DNA of 64,000 nt. Origin: the human T2T-CHM13v2.0 reference genome, Homo sapiens. This document shows positions 29,004 through 40,046 of this stretch, in pieces. Under the pieces are notes generated by a model, which worked only from the letters and a program-made list of their open reading frames with translations, did not search any database and had not been told where the DNA came from. The DNA is taken from the NCBI RefSeq assembly GCF_009914755.1, contig NC_060936.1; one strand, written 5' to 3'. The position numbers and the translations under genes were made by a program. The stretch's first letter is position 1, and the number at the start of each line of letters is the position of its first letter.

Positions 29004-29772
29004 GGAAATTGTCTACTATATTTTCCTTCCCCCATTTTAGGCAATTGGCATCCTCCAGCTCTTGGCTCCTTTGCTTCCCTCTGTATCTCCCATCAAAGTT
29101 TGCTTTAAAGAAAGATTTTGTAGGAATGCTTTACTTGAATTGTGGATTTAAAACAAGACATGTCACTCCTAACAGACATTTACATTTGATATCTCTCTCT
29201 GATCATGGAAATAAATGCTCTATCGCTCTTTAAGGCAAGTTCAGGCGTCAGCAAGTGGGGGAAGAGCTTCTTGGAGTCTTGCTGTTAAGTCTCATCTCAT
29301 CATTTTCTAAGTGCTTCACCTCCTCCACCTTCTTAAAAGCTGGCTGGAGATAAAAGGGTAATGTCACCCTGGAAGGACTGAGCTCTTAATTCACAGATGT
29401 TGCTCCAGAGCTTGGGTCTCAGCTTCTGATGACTTGTTCATTGTTACCTGGAACAGAACTGTCCTGTAACCACATTCCCATGGCTTTATGATCCACAATT
29501 AGGAGATTGACTATGTCAGATACCAAATAGAAGGAGAGAGACAATAAGAATTCATTTAGTAATCTATCCAAATATATTTGTTGAGATCCATGTAGCTGAG
29601 AGCTATGCAAAGTACTGGGTGTACCAGTAGAAAACAAGATAGGCAGCATCTGTCCTCACAGAGCTTATGGTCTGGTGGGCTATACAGACAAGGAGAAAAT
29701 ATGGGTAATACATGTTAGGTATAAATAAAAAGAAATTATGAGGTGCTATGGGAAGACTATGCGGAGTCTAAT

Positions 29773-29942
29773 TAGTGGTATGCTTGGTCTAATTACTGGC
29801 TCTACCAAAAAAAAAATTAAAAAAGGAAAAAAAAAGAAAAAAGCTCCTGATTTATAGTGTTTGTCAATTTCCATGGTGTAAAGATTCCCACCAATTTCAA
29901 GCAGCAACATGACATCACTGAATGGAGCTACAAAAAAATGAA
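29773..29942. mobile_element. MER63-like hAT fragment
   Basis: CCTGATTTATAGTGTTTGTCAATTTCCATGGTGTAAAGATTCCCACC...TTTCAAGC...GACATCACTGAA resembles recalled MER63. Confidence 0.55.
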
Positions 29943-30268
29943 CAGTACTTTTTTCTTATCCACAGGGGCTGTATTCCAAGACCCCCAATGGATGCCTGAA
30001 ACCATGGCTAGTACTAAACCCCATGAACACTATGTTTTTTTCTATACATACCTATGGTAAAATTTAATTTATAAATTAGGCATAGTAAGTGGTTAACATC
30101 TTTTAATATAATAGAACAATTATAATAATATACTGTAATAAAGTTACATAAATGTGGACTTTCTCTCTCTCAAAATATATTATTGCATGTAATATTTTCA
30201 GACTGTGGTTGACCGTGGGTAACTGAAACTATGGAAAGTGGAACCATAGATCAGCAGGAACTATTGTA
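29943..30268. mobile_element. MER44-type Tigger MITE
   Basis: CAGTAC...CTTATCCAC...TTCCAAGACCCCCAATGGATGCCTGAAACC...GGGTAACTGAAAC...ACTATTGTA with degenerate TIRs. Confidence 0.75.
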
Positions 30269-30522
30269 CAAGCCAACAACAGGGCCCTATCGGATCTAAG
30301 CCATTTAAGGTAGGAGAATGGAGATGTCAGGAAGGCTTTCTGGAGGAAGGGCCATCTAAGATGAGAACTGAAGGATGAGAAAGAATGAGTCAGATGAAGA
30401 CAGTCACAGAGAAATATTCCATGTGTAGACAACAGCATGTGTCAAGGCCTGAAAGGCGAGAAAGGACCTTTCACACCTGGAGAATGACCAATCAATGTGG
30501 ATCAAGGGCATGGTGCTGAGTG

Positions 30523-30700
30523 ATATGTGTGTGTGAAGGTAGATGGGGAGGGGTGTGTGTACATGGGCTTTGTATGTAGTGTGGTGTGTATATATGCATG
30601 AAATTGTGTGTACGTGTGTATAGTATGTTATCTGTGTATGGTGTGTGTGTTTATGCACATGTGCATGTAGTACAATGAGAGTGTGTGTGTGTGTGCATGC
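30523..30700. repeat. Degenerate (TG)n-rich tract
   Basis: Seen directly. Confidence 0.7.
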
Positions 30701-30706
30701 ATGCTG

Positions 30707-33362
30707 GTGTCTTATTCAACTCCAGCTGCCATAACAAAATACTACACACTGGGTGGATTGAACAGCAGATATTTATTTCTCACAGTTCTAGAGGGTAGGA
30801 AGTCTGAGATCAAGGGAGCAGTGGATTTGGTGTTTGGTGAGAGCCTCTTCCTGGCATGCAGTTGACTACCTTCTCACTGTCTTCACATGGCAGAGTGAGA
30901 GCTATGGTCTCTTTCTCTTCTTATAAGTACACTATTCTCATTACAGGAGCCCTACTCTCATGACCTCCTCCAAACCTAATTATCTTCCAAAAGCCCTGCT
31001 TTCAAATACCATCACTGTTATGGTTTGGCTGTGTCCCCACCCAAATCTCATCTTGAATTGTAGCTCCCATAATTCCCTCATGTTGTGGGAGGGAGCCAGT
31101 GGGAGATAATCAAATCACGGTGGGGTGGTTTCTTCCATACTTTTCTCATGGTAGTGAATAAGTCTCATGAGATCTTATGGTTTTATGATGAAAAACCCTT
31201 TTTATTTGGTTTTCATTCTTCTCTTGTGGGCCACCATGTGAGACGTGACTTTTACCTTCTGCCACGATTGTGAGGCCTCCCCAGCTATGTGGAACTGTGA
31301 ATCGATTAAACCTCTTTCTTTTGTAAATTGCTCAATCTTGGGTATGTCTTTATTAGCAGTGTGAAAATAAATTAATACAATAAATCGGTACCAGTAGAGT
31401 GGGGCACTGCTGAAAAGATACCCAAAAATATGCAAGCAACTTTGGAACTGGGTAACAGAGGTTGAAACTCTTTGGAGGGCTCAGAAGAAGACAAGAAAAT
31501 GTGGAAAAGTTTGGAACTTCCTAGAGATTTGTTGAGTGGCTTCGACCAAAATACTGATAACGATATGAACAATGAAATCCAGGCAGAGGTGGTCTCAGAT
31601 GGAGGTGAGGAATTTGGGAACTGGAGCAAAGGTGACTCTTGTTATGTTTTAGCAAAGAGACTGGTGGCATTTTGCTCCTGCCCTAGAGATTTGTGGAACT
31701 TTGAACTTGAGAGAGATGATTTAGGGTTTCTGGCAGAAAAAATTTCTAAGCAGCAAAGCATTCAAGAGGTGACTTGGGTGCTGTTAAAGGCATTCAGTTT
31801 TAAAAGGGAAACAGAGCATAAAAATTTGGAAAATTTGGAGCCTGGCAATGCAATAGAAAAGAAAATCCCATTTTCTGAGGAGAAATTCAAGCCAGCTGCA
31901 GAAATTTGCATAAGTAATGAGGAGCCTAATGTTAATCCCTAAGACAATGGGGAAAATGTCTCCAGGGCATGTCAGAGACTTTGCAGCAGCCCCTCCCATC
32001 ACAGGCCCAGAGGCCTAGAAGGTAAAAATGGTTTCATGGGCCAGGTCCAGTGTCCCTCTTCTGTGTGCAGTCTAGGGTCTTAGTGCCCTGTGTCCCAGCT
32101 GCTCCAGACATGACTAAAAGAGGCCAGGTACAGCTCAGGCCGTGGTTTCAGAGGGTATAAGCTACAAGCTTTGGCAGCTTCCATGTGGTGTTTAGTCTAC
32201 AGGTGTACAAGAGTCAAGAACTGAGGTTTGGGAACTTCCGCCTAGATTTCAGAGGATGTATGGAAATGCCTGGATGTCCAGGCAGAAGTTTGCTGCAGGG
32301 GCAGGGCACTCATGGAGAACCTCTGCTAGGGCAGTCCAGAAGGAGAATGTTGGGTGGGTGCCCCCACACAGAGTCCCCACTGGGGCACTGCCGAGTGGAG
32401 CTGTAAGAAGAGGGTCACCATCCTCCAGAACCCAGAATGGTAGATGCACCAACAACTTTCACAGTTCATCTGGAAAAGCCACAGACACTTAACACCAGCC
32501 CATGAAAGCAACTGGGAGGGAGGCTGTACCCTGCAAAGCCACAGGGATGGAGCTGTCCAAGACCATGGGAACTCACCTCTTGCATCAGCATGACCCAGAT
32601 ATGAGACATGGAGTCAAAGGAGATCATTTTGGAACCTTAATATTTGACTGCCCCCCTGGATTTTGGACATGCATGGGTGTAACCCCATTGTTTTGGCCAA
32701 TTTCTCCCAGTTGGAATGGCTGTGTTTACCCAATACCTGTAACCCCATTGTATCTAGGAAATACCTAACTTGCTTTTGATTTTACAGGCTTATAGGTGGA
32801 AGAGACCTGCCCTGTCTTGGGATTGCACACTTTTGAGTTAATGCTGAAATGAGTTAGGACTTTGTGGGACTGTTGGGAAGGCATGATTGGTTTTTAAATG
32901 TGAGGTTATGAGATTTGGGAGGGGTTGGGGCAGAATGGTATGGTTTGGCTGTGTCCCTATCCAAATCTCATTTTGAATTTTATCTCCCATAATTCCCTCA
33001 TGTTGTGGAAGGGACCCAGTGGAGATAATTGAATCATGGGGATGGTTTCCTCCACACTGTTCTCATGACAGTGAATAAGTCTCATGAGATCTGATGGTTT
33101 TTTAAGGGGAAACCAATTTCACTTGGTTTTCATTCTTCTCTTGTCTGCCACCATGTGAGAGGTGACCTTCACCTTCCACCATGACTGTGAGACCTCCCAA
33201 GCCATGTGAAACTGTGAGTCCACTAAACCTCTTCCTTTTGTAAATTGCCCAGTCCCTGGTATGTCTTTATTAGTAGTGTGAAAAAGGACTAATACAATCA
33301 CATCGTTGGTTAGTGCTTCCACATATGAATTTGGGGGAAACACAAATATTCAGTCCATAGTA
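30707..33362 (-). mobile_element. MLT1A-type solo LTR split by THE1 (30707-31015 and 33302-33362)
   Basis: GCTGCCATAACAAAATAC...TTTATTTCTCACAGTTCTAGAGG...CAAATACCATCAC|...|ATC...TGAATTTGGGGGAAACACAAATATTCAGTCCATAG. Confidence 0.8.
31016..33296 (+). mobile_element. Full-length THE1 (THE1C-like) MaLR: LTR 31016-31379, internal, LTR 32936-33296
   Basis: Both LTRs start TG..ATGGTTTGGCTGTGTCCC and end TAATACA; perfect TSD ATCAC 31011-31015 / 33297-33301; THE1-internal ORF remnant 31472..31942. Confidence 0.93.
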
Positions 33363-33495
33363 GTCTATGTATCACTGGTAAGAGAAACACGGGGCTGGAA
33401 TGTGAAGAGTTGTATAAACCAGTAGGTCATATCTGGACCCCCTGCTTTAACGCAAGATTCTGCCCAATCTGTGGGGCAATCTGTCTTTCAGGGAG

Positions 33496-33798
33496 TTTTT
33501 TTTTTTTTTTCTTGAGACAGAGTCTTGCTGTATCACCCAGGGTGGAGTGCAGTGGCACAATGTTAGTTCACTGCAACCTCACCTCCCGGATTCAAGTGAT
33601 TCTCATGCCTCAGCCTCCTGAGTAGCTGGAATTAAAGGTGCACCACGACCCCTGGCTAATTTTTGTATTTTTAGTAGAGGCAGGGTTTCGCCATGTTGGC
33701 CAGGCTGGTCTCAAACTCCGGACCTCAGATGATCTGCCTGTCTCAGCCTCCCAAAGTTCTTGGATTACAGGCTAGAGCCTGTAATCCTGCACCTGGCC
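33496..33798 (-). mobile_element. AluS
   Basis: Poly-T plus full Alu dimer on the minus strand. Confidence 0.92.
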
Positions 33799-34025
33799 AA
33801 GGTGATATTTTAAAATATCATAGGAACCCAGCTGTTTTACAACTCTTGATAAATTTCCCACTAGCTGCAGCCTCCTTTTTTGACCCATAGAGTCTCTTGG
33901 GATCATCCAGTTCAGTTCCTTGGTGTTTTCTGATGGTAGAGATTGGATGGAGGGAAGGGCTTTCCCAGGATCACCTGGTAGGAGGTGGTGACTAGCACTC
34001 AGACTTCCAGAGCCTCAATTCCTGG

Positions 34026-34348
34026 TTTTTCTTTTTCTTTTTTTCTTTTCTTCTTTCTTTTTTTTTTTTTTTTTTTTTTTGAGACAGAATCTCGCTCTGT
34101 CACCCAGGCTGGAGTGCAGTGGTGCGATCTCGGCTCACTGCAACCTCCACCTCCAGATTCAAGTGATTCTCCTGCCTCAGCCTCCGGAGTAGCTGGGACT
34201 ACAGGTGTGTGCCAGCATGCCTGGCTAATTTTTTGTATTTTTAGTAGAGACGGAGTTTCACTGTGTTAGCCATCTCCTGACCTCATGATCTGTGTGCCTT
34301 GGCCTCCCAAAGTGCTGGGATTACAGGCATGAGCCACCGCGCTCAGCC
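34026..34348 (-). mobile_element. Alu (Sc/Y-like) with long T/C-rich tail and small internal deletion near 34271
   Basis: GAGACAGAATCTCGCTCTGTC...GTGTTAGCC^ATCTCCTGACCTC...GAGCCACCGCGC. Confidence 0.9.
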
Positions 34349-34695
34349 AGTCCATGACTTTTCTACTCTCCCATCAGTAGAGCTGGAGTCAGTAGTAAAA
34401 TAATATAATTTAGTCAACCCTTGATTCTAAACAACTAGCCAAAATAATGACAAAGCTCCACTAAACAATACTTTGTTTTATCACATTTTAAAATAGAAAA
34501 TGATCCATGTGATGAGTACTTTTCATTGGCAAATAATCATTTGGTAAAATAATCCAATTTCATTTTTTCCTTTTTCTGCACAGCAAGATGAGGAATTCTA
34601 TTATCTTAGCAGCAGCTTTACCCTTTCATCAACCCATCAGCATAGTTTCTTGCTATAGGAACTTAGATTATTGGCTTGAGACTTCTCCTCATTTC

Positions 34696-34997
34696 TTTTT
34701 TTTTTTTTTTTTTTGGAGACAGAGTCTTGCTCTGTTGCCCAGGCTGGAGTGCAGTGGCGTGATCTCGGCTCACAGCAAGCTCCACCTCCCGTGCTCAAGC
34801 CATTCTCCTGCCTCAGCCTCCTGAGTAGCTGGAACTTCAGGTGCCCACCACCACGCTTGGCTAATTTTTTGTATTTTTAGTAGAGATGGAGTTTCACCGT
34901 GTTAGCCAGGATGGTATTGATCTCCCGACCTCGTGATCCACCCACCTCAGCCTCCCAAGGTGCTGGGATTGCAGGCGTGAGCCACTGCGCCCTGTCA
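34696..34997 (-). mobile_element. AluY-like
   Basis: GCAAGCTCCACCTCCCG, CCATTCTCC and CACCGTGTTAGCCAGGATGG diagnostics; TSD ACTTCTCCTCATTTC 34681-34695 / ACTTTTCCTCATTTC 34998-35012. Confidence 0.9.
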
Positions 34998-35012
34998 ACT
35001 TTTCCTCATTTC

Positions 35013-36385
35013 TAATACAAGCATTTAGTGCTATAAATTTTCCTCCTAGCACTGCATTGAATGCATCCTCCATATTTTAATATGTGACTTTAAAATTTTC
35101 ATTCAGCTCTATGTATTTTAAAATGTCATTTGATACTTCTTTTTTGACCCATGGGTAATATTGAAGTGTGTTGTTTAATTTTCATTTATTTAGAGATTTT
35201 GTTATTGCCTGTTATTGATTTTTAATTGATTCCATTATGGTCAGAAAATATACTCTATATTATTTCAGGTTTTTAAATTTGTAAGGTTTGTTTTATGTCC
35301 CAGAATATGATCTATCATGGGAATATGAAAAAACTGTGTTTTCCACTGTTGCTGGCAGACTGTTCTATATATATATCAATTAGAACTTGGTTGATTGTGT
35401 TGTTTATATCTTCTATATCTTTGCTAATTTTCTATCTAGTAGTTCTATTAGTTTCTGAAACGTGGGTGTTGATGTCCTCAACTAAATGCAGATGTATCTA
35501 CTTCTCCTTTCTACTCTATCAGTTTTTGCTTCATGTGTTTTGAAGCCTATTGCTTGGTGTGTGCACACTTAGGCTTATCTCTTCCTGATTAATTGATCCT
35601 TTATTCTTATGTTCATGATAGGAACAATGGACACCTCTTGTCTGTAGTAATTTTATTTTCTCTAAAGCCTGTTTTACCATATATTAATATAGATACTCCT
35701 TCTTTATATTATTAATTTTTGTATGTATATCTATTTCCATCCTTTTATTTTCAACCAACTATGTCATTGAACTAGAAGTAAATTTCTTATAAGTGGCATA
35801 TAGTTGGGTCATGGTTTTTATTCACTCTCCAATCTCTGTTGATGGGTATATTCAAACCACTAACTTATAAGGTAATTATTGATATATTAGTGCTTAGGCC
35901 AACCATTTTATTATTTGTTTTCTTTGGTTCTTGTTCCTGCTTTGCTTTTCTTGGTTTCTGGTGGGTTACTTAAATATTTAAATACTTAAATAAATTCATC
36001 TTAATTGATTTATAGTGTTGTTGAATGTATATCTGTGTATAGTTTTTATAGTGGTTGTTTTGTATATTACATTAGACATACGTGACTTATTGCAGTCTAT
36101 TGGTATCATTTAACCACCTTGAATGAAGTGTAGACACATTACTTCTATTTAGGTCCCTTACCTTCCCCATTAAAAAAAAATCTTTGTCTTGAGTATCAGT
36201 GTTTTTTTCAATCAAAAATGTATTTATAAAACTCATTAAAAACAGAAAAGTCTTATATATGTCCCATATTTCTTATCTTTCCTTCATTTCTTCTTCTTTC
36301 CTGATACTCCAACATTTCTCCTTTTATCATTTACTTTGTGTTTGAAGAACTTCCTTTAGTCAATCTTTAAGGGCAGGTGTGCAAC
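35013..36385 (-). mobile_element. Ancient L1M fragment(s)
   Basis: GCATTTAGTGCTATAAATTTTCCTC, TTGATTCCATTATGGTCAGA, TTTCCATCCTTTTATTTTCAACC, CATATAGTTGGGTCAT; T-rich strand bias. Confidence 0.7.
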
Positions 36386-36424
36386 AAATTAAAGGTTTAG
36401 GATTTAAGTTTGGAGGATAGGAGT

Positions 36425-36839
36425 TGTATTAGTTTATTCTCATATTGCTATAAAGAAATACCAGAGACTGGATAATTTATAAAGAAAAGAGGTTTAATTG
36501 GTTAATGGTTCTGCAGGCTGTGCAGGAATTATGATGCTGGCATCTGCTTGGCTTCTGGGGAGGCCTCAGGAAACTCACAATCATAGTGGAAGGTGAAGAG
36601 GGAGCTGGCACTTCACAAGGCCAGAGCAGAAGGAAAAGAGAAGTGGGAAATGCCACACACTTTTAAACAACTAGATTTTGAGATCACTCATTCACTTTCA
36701 CTATGACAGTACCAAAAGGGATGGTGTTAAACCAAAACCACCCCCATGATCCAATCACCTCCCACCAGGCCCCACTTCCAACATTAGAGATTACAATTCT
36801 ACATGAGATTTGGTGGGGACACAGATCCATACCATGTCA
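36425..36839 (-). mobile_element. MST (MSTA/MSTB) solo LTR
   Basis: TGTATTAG...GCTATAAAGAAATACC...GGGGAGGCCTCAGGAAACTCACAATCAT...CCCCCATGATCCAATCACCTCCCACCAGG...ACCATGTCA. Confidence 0.88.
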
Positions 36840-37169
36840 AGAGGCTTCTGAGGCTTCTTTTTAAAATTTCTGTCATTTTTTTCTTGGTATAGTTTTTGCC
36901 TTGTGGCTAGTTTTAATGTATGCTGATCTAGTTTGCCTTTATAAAGATGTTTAATTTAAAATAAGTTTTTCCAAGTACTATTTTTGTTTTTTTGTTTTTT
37001 TTTTTTGCATCTTGGTTAGATGATCCAGTCCTACCTATATGGGCCCAGGACATCAAAACATTTAATTTTGACTATACCACTCTGATTAATATTATCTCAT
37101 TAAGACATAAATTGCAAAACTTTGAGCTATGGTGACCTGGCCCCAGAAAGATGTAATTAAGACACCTTT

Positions 37170-37592
37170 AGGAAAATAAGCAACCATACCATAGACTGGG
37201 AAAATATATTGGCAATCTGGACATGGATCCATATTTAAAGAGCTTCTACAAATACCCAATAAAAACACAAAACCTAAATTTTAAAAATGGGCAAAAGATT
37301 TGAATACACACTTCACAAAAGAAGATATATGAGTGACCATTAAACACTTGAAAAGTTTTCAACATTAGTTGTCACAGAAGCAGAAATGAAAATCACAATG
37401 AGTTACCATTTCAGACCCACTAGAAAGGCTAAAATACAAAAGACAACACCAAATGTTGGCAGGGCTGTGGAGTCAGTGGAAGTTGTAGGTAGTACGGGTG
37501 GAAATGAAAATGGTAGAAACACTGTGGAAAACTATGTGGAAGTTTCTTATAAAGTTAAGCATATACTTACCCTGTGATCCATCAATCCCCCT
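37170..37592 (+). mobile_element. Ancient L1M ORF2 3' fragment
   Basis: AAAATGGGCAAAAGATTTGAATACACACTTCACAAAAGAAGATATA...CACTGTGGAAAAC...TTACCCTGTGATCCA. Confidence 0.75.
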
Positions 37593-38002
37593 AATCGTTC
37601 ATTCATAATCAATCCTTAGCACTCACATGTTTTCCCTGCCCCCATATTTTCTCTGCTCTTTATTTTACTATTCTCAGGTTTCTTCTATTCTCTCATTTTC
37701 TATCTTCAATGGATTCTTTCAAACTAACTATAAAAGACTCATTTCTTCCACATTCATTCTAGGTGGTATATATGTGATGCCAAAATTATAATCATCATAA
37801 TAATTTAGGATTAAATATCTATTTTGCCAAAATAAGATGGCAATTATTTTCAGGATGATGGCTATAGATGTTAGTTATGTGTCAAAGGTAACAATGAAAA
37901 TGGAACATAAACCAATATAAGAAAGACAGTATTTGGATTTTAAATTTTGTTTCATGGACAAATAACACAACATTCTTTAACAATAGATCAAAAATCACAT
38001 CA

Positions 38003-39944
38003 TAGTCATTTGAAAAGTTCATTTATTATATACCAATATACACTTTCTGTAATAAAAAAGAAGCCTCCCAATACATTGAGCCATCTTATAAATGAAATAA
38101 GAAAATAAAATTTTCATCTGTTTACAAATGGGGTTAAATTAATCAGCACAAGCTATCATATGTATGTCTGCCCTGCAGTATATATGAATTTTAATCCTGG
38201 TTATGAAGAAAAAAATGGTGCTTTATTATTTGGCACTATAGGATGCTCTTGAACATTCAGAAGATACCTTTTTCCACTTTTTATTTTTGTATACTTTTTA
38301 GATGAGTGAAAATGTAAATATATCCTAAAGATGCTATTTGGCAGATTTTTTTCAAATAATAGTAGCTCAAAAGTACGTGTATGATACTTGTACTTCATAA
38401 TTGGCTTTACTAAAATATAAAATACACAAGTGATCTTACTATGATTTGAAAAAAAGGTAGTGAACTCCAGAAGTTTTAGGCTGTGAGTAGGAATTTTTAA
38501 ATCCATTTTATGTAAGTTTGTTATAGAAGTGAGCAAGAATGATCGTGTGCATTTCTTCGTAGTGTTAGCACTTATACTTTTACGGAGAACCACTCAACAC
38601 TGTATTAAATGGCCAATGAATGTCAGCAAACACCTGTGTGAGCTAAACTGAACTAATTCCTATTTTAGATATGCTAAATTAAAAGAACAACTTTAGTATG
38701 ATAAAAATTTGCAAAAAGAAACTTATTTTCTTGTAGATCATCCTATTATTGTAAATATTGAAGAAGAGCATTGCCAAACTATATATAACTTAGGTTTCAA
38801 ATTTAAATTATCCCCAGACATTTGTAGACAGATACATATGAATGGATTTTCGAGCCCACCAACTTAATTCCCTGCCCCCACCCCCAATAATATAAATGCT
38901 TTGACTGTGAAGAAAGAAAACTACACATGTAAAAAATAAAAATCAAATGTACCTTACATTAACATTCTGATGACTACAGAATAAGATTATATACATAAAC
39001 ATATAGCAAATCACAGTTTCCTGCACTGAATGTTTATCAAATAAAAATGTATCAAACAATACTGGGTAGTGTATCTCCACGATTGTGGTCTTCTAAAAAT
39101 TCTGAATGAGGATGGAAGACGAGAGGGAGAGCATTGTTCAATGACAAAAGTATGACAAGAGGATTTAGGAATAACATGAAAAAGCAGATGCTTTCTAGAA
39201 CAGGCAGTTTAGCTATAAGCATTATTTTTGTTGTTGCTCTATGATTGAAATAAAGCCCCTCTCTATATTTAGTGTTTTAACATTTAAATATAGATGTTTT
39301 AACATTTACAAAAATCTATTGAATATAGAAGTCACAACTCAATGTCACAAACAGGGTGGGCAAAATATTATTTTGCTGTTGACAATAAGATGCTCTAGAC
39401 TGGTGTTTGACCATTCATGTACCTTACAGAAACAGAAACAGTTCCTAAGACATGCCTTTTGCCTCTGTTAGTAAACAGACCAGAGACTTTGGTGCAAGAC
39501 TGAGAGAAGACATTAAATGGTGATAGCTTTGCCACCAGGGCATTTTTGTTTGATGTTCTGAGAATGCAAATGTTTGGTACTTTTTTAGGGGGTGCAGGAT
39601 GAGGAGACGGCAGGGGAAAGAGTACTATCTGATGATTGTTACATGCAGTTACCCTTATTCTGCTCGTAAAGCAGCAAAAATACACCTTCATCATCTCACA
39701 CTGCTCTAGCAAAACCTGGGTAGAAATGTGCACCACAGGTTTTATTTTAAACACATACACAACCATCCTTGACAAAAACAGTGATTTTCCTCTTCTGCAG
39801 GTGCCTGGTGATATTACTGGTAAACGTCTTTGGAATCTTCCTGTTATTTCCTATGAATAACATTCCAATCAAGATAATTCAAATATCTTTTGGAGTATAA
39901 CTTGTAACCATTTCCAATAGAAAAAGAAAGTATTTTTCCTTGTG
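38003..39944 (-). other. SLC38A4: SLC38A4 3' UTR (end approximate)
   Basis: Repeat-free AT-rich sequence between the stop codon and the AATAAA at 38022-38027. Confidence 0.7.
38022..38027 (-). terminator. SLC38A4: Likely main poly(A) signal AATAAA of SLC38A4
   Basis: TTTATT on plus strand; GU/U-rich sequence follows on the minus strand (TGATGTGATTTTTG...TGTTGTGTTATTTGT). Confidence 0.65.
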
Positions 39945-40046
39945 TTAGTGATGCTTGGAATTTGGAGGATCATAAATCCAGTCAATTATAATGAGTGCCA
40001 TGCTTCCAATCATGAAGAATATTCCAACCACAAGGAAAATTAAAGC
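39945..40046 (-). CDS. SLC38A4: SNAT4 last coding exon (aa ~515-547, stop)
   Basis: acag|GCT; ALIFLVVGIFFMIGSMALIIIDWIYDPPNSKHH-TAA. Confidence 0.96.
   Translation of the reverse strand, partial: ALIFLVVGIFFMIGSMALIIIDWIYDPPNSKHH

Larger units (their letters stand above)
29550..30520 (-). mobile_element. L2 3' region interrupted by DNA-transposon fossils
   Basis: ATTCATTTAG...TATTTGTTGAG...TGTCCTCACAGAGCTTATGGTCTGGTGGG, resuming TCAGGAAGGCTTTCTGGAGGA...AACAGCATGTGTCAAGGCC. Confidence 0.65.

Noticed and set aside
31472-31942. 156-aa ORF as a novel gene
   Set aside because: It is the standard THE1 internal ORF remnant found in many copies, truncated by stops
38201-39775. 130-aa and 126-aa minus-strand ORFs in the 3' UTR
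   Set aside because: No recognisable homology and AT-rich composition; likely chance ORFs
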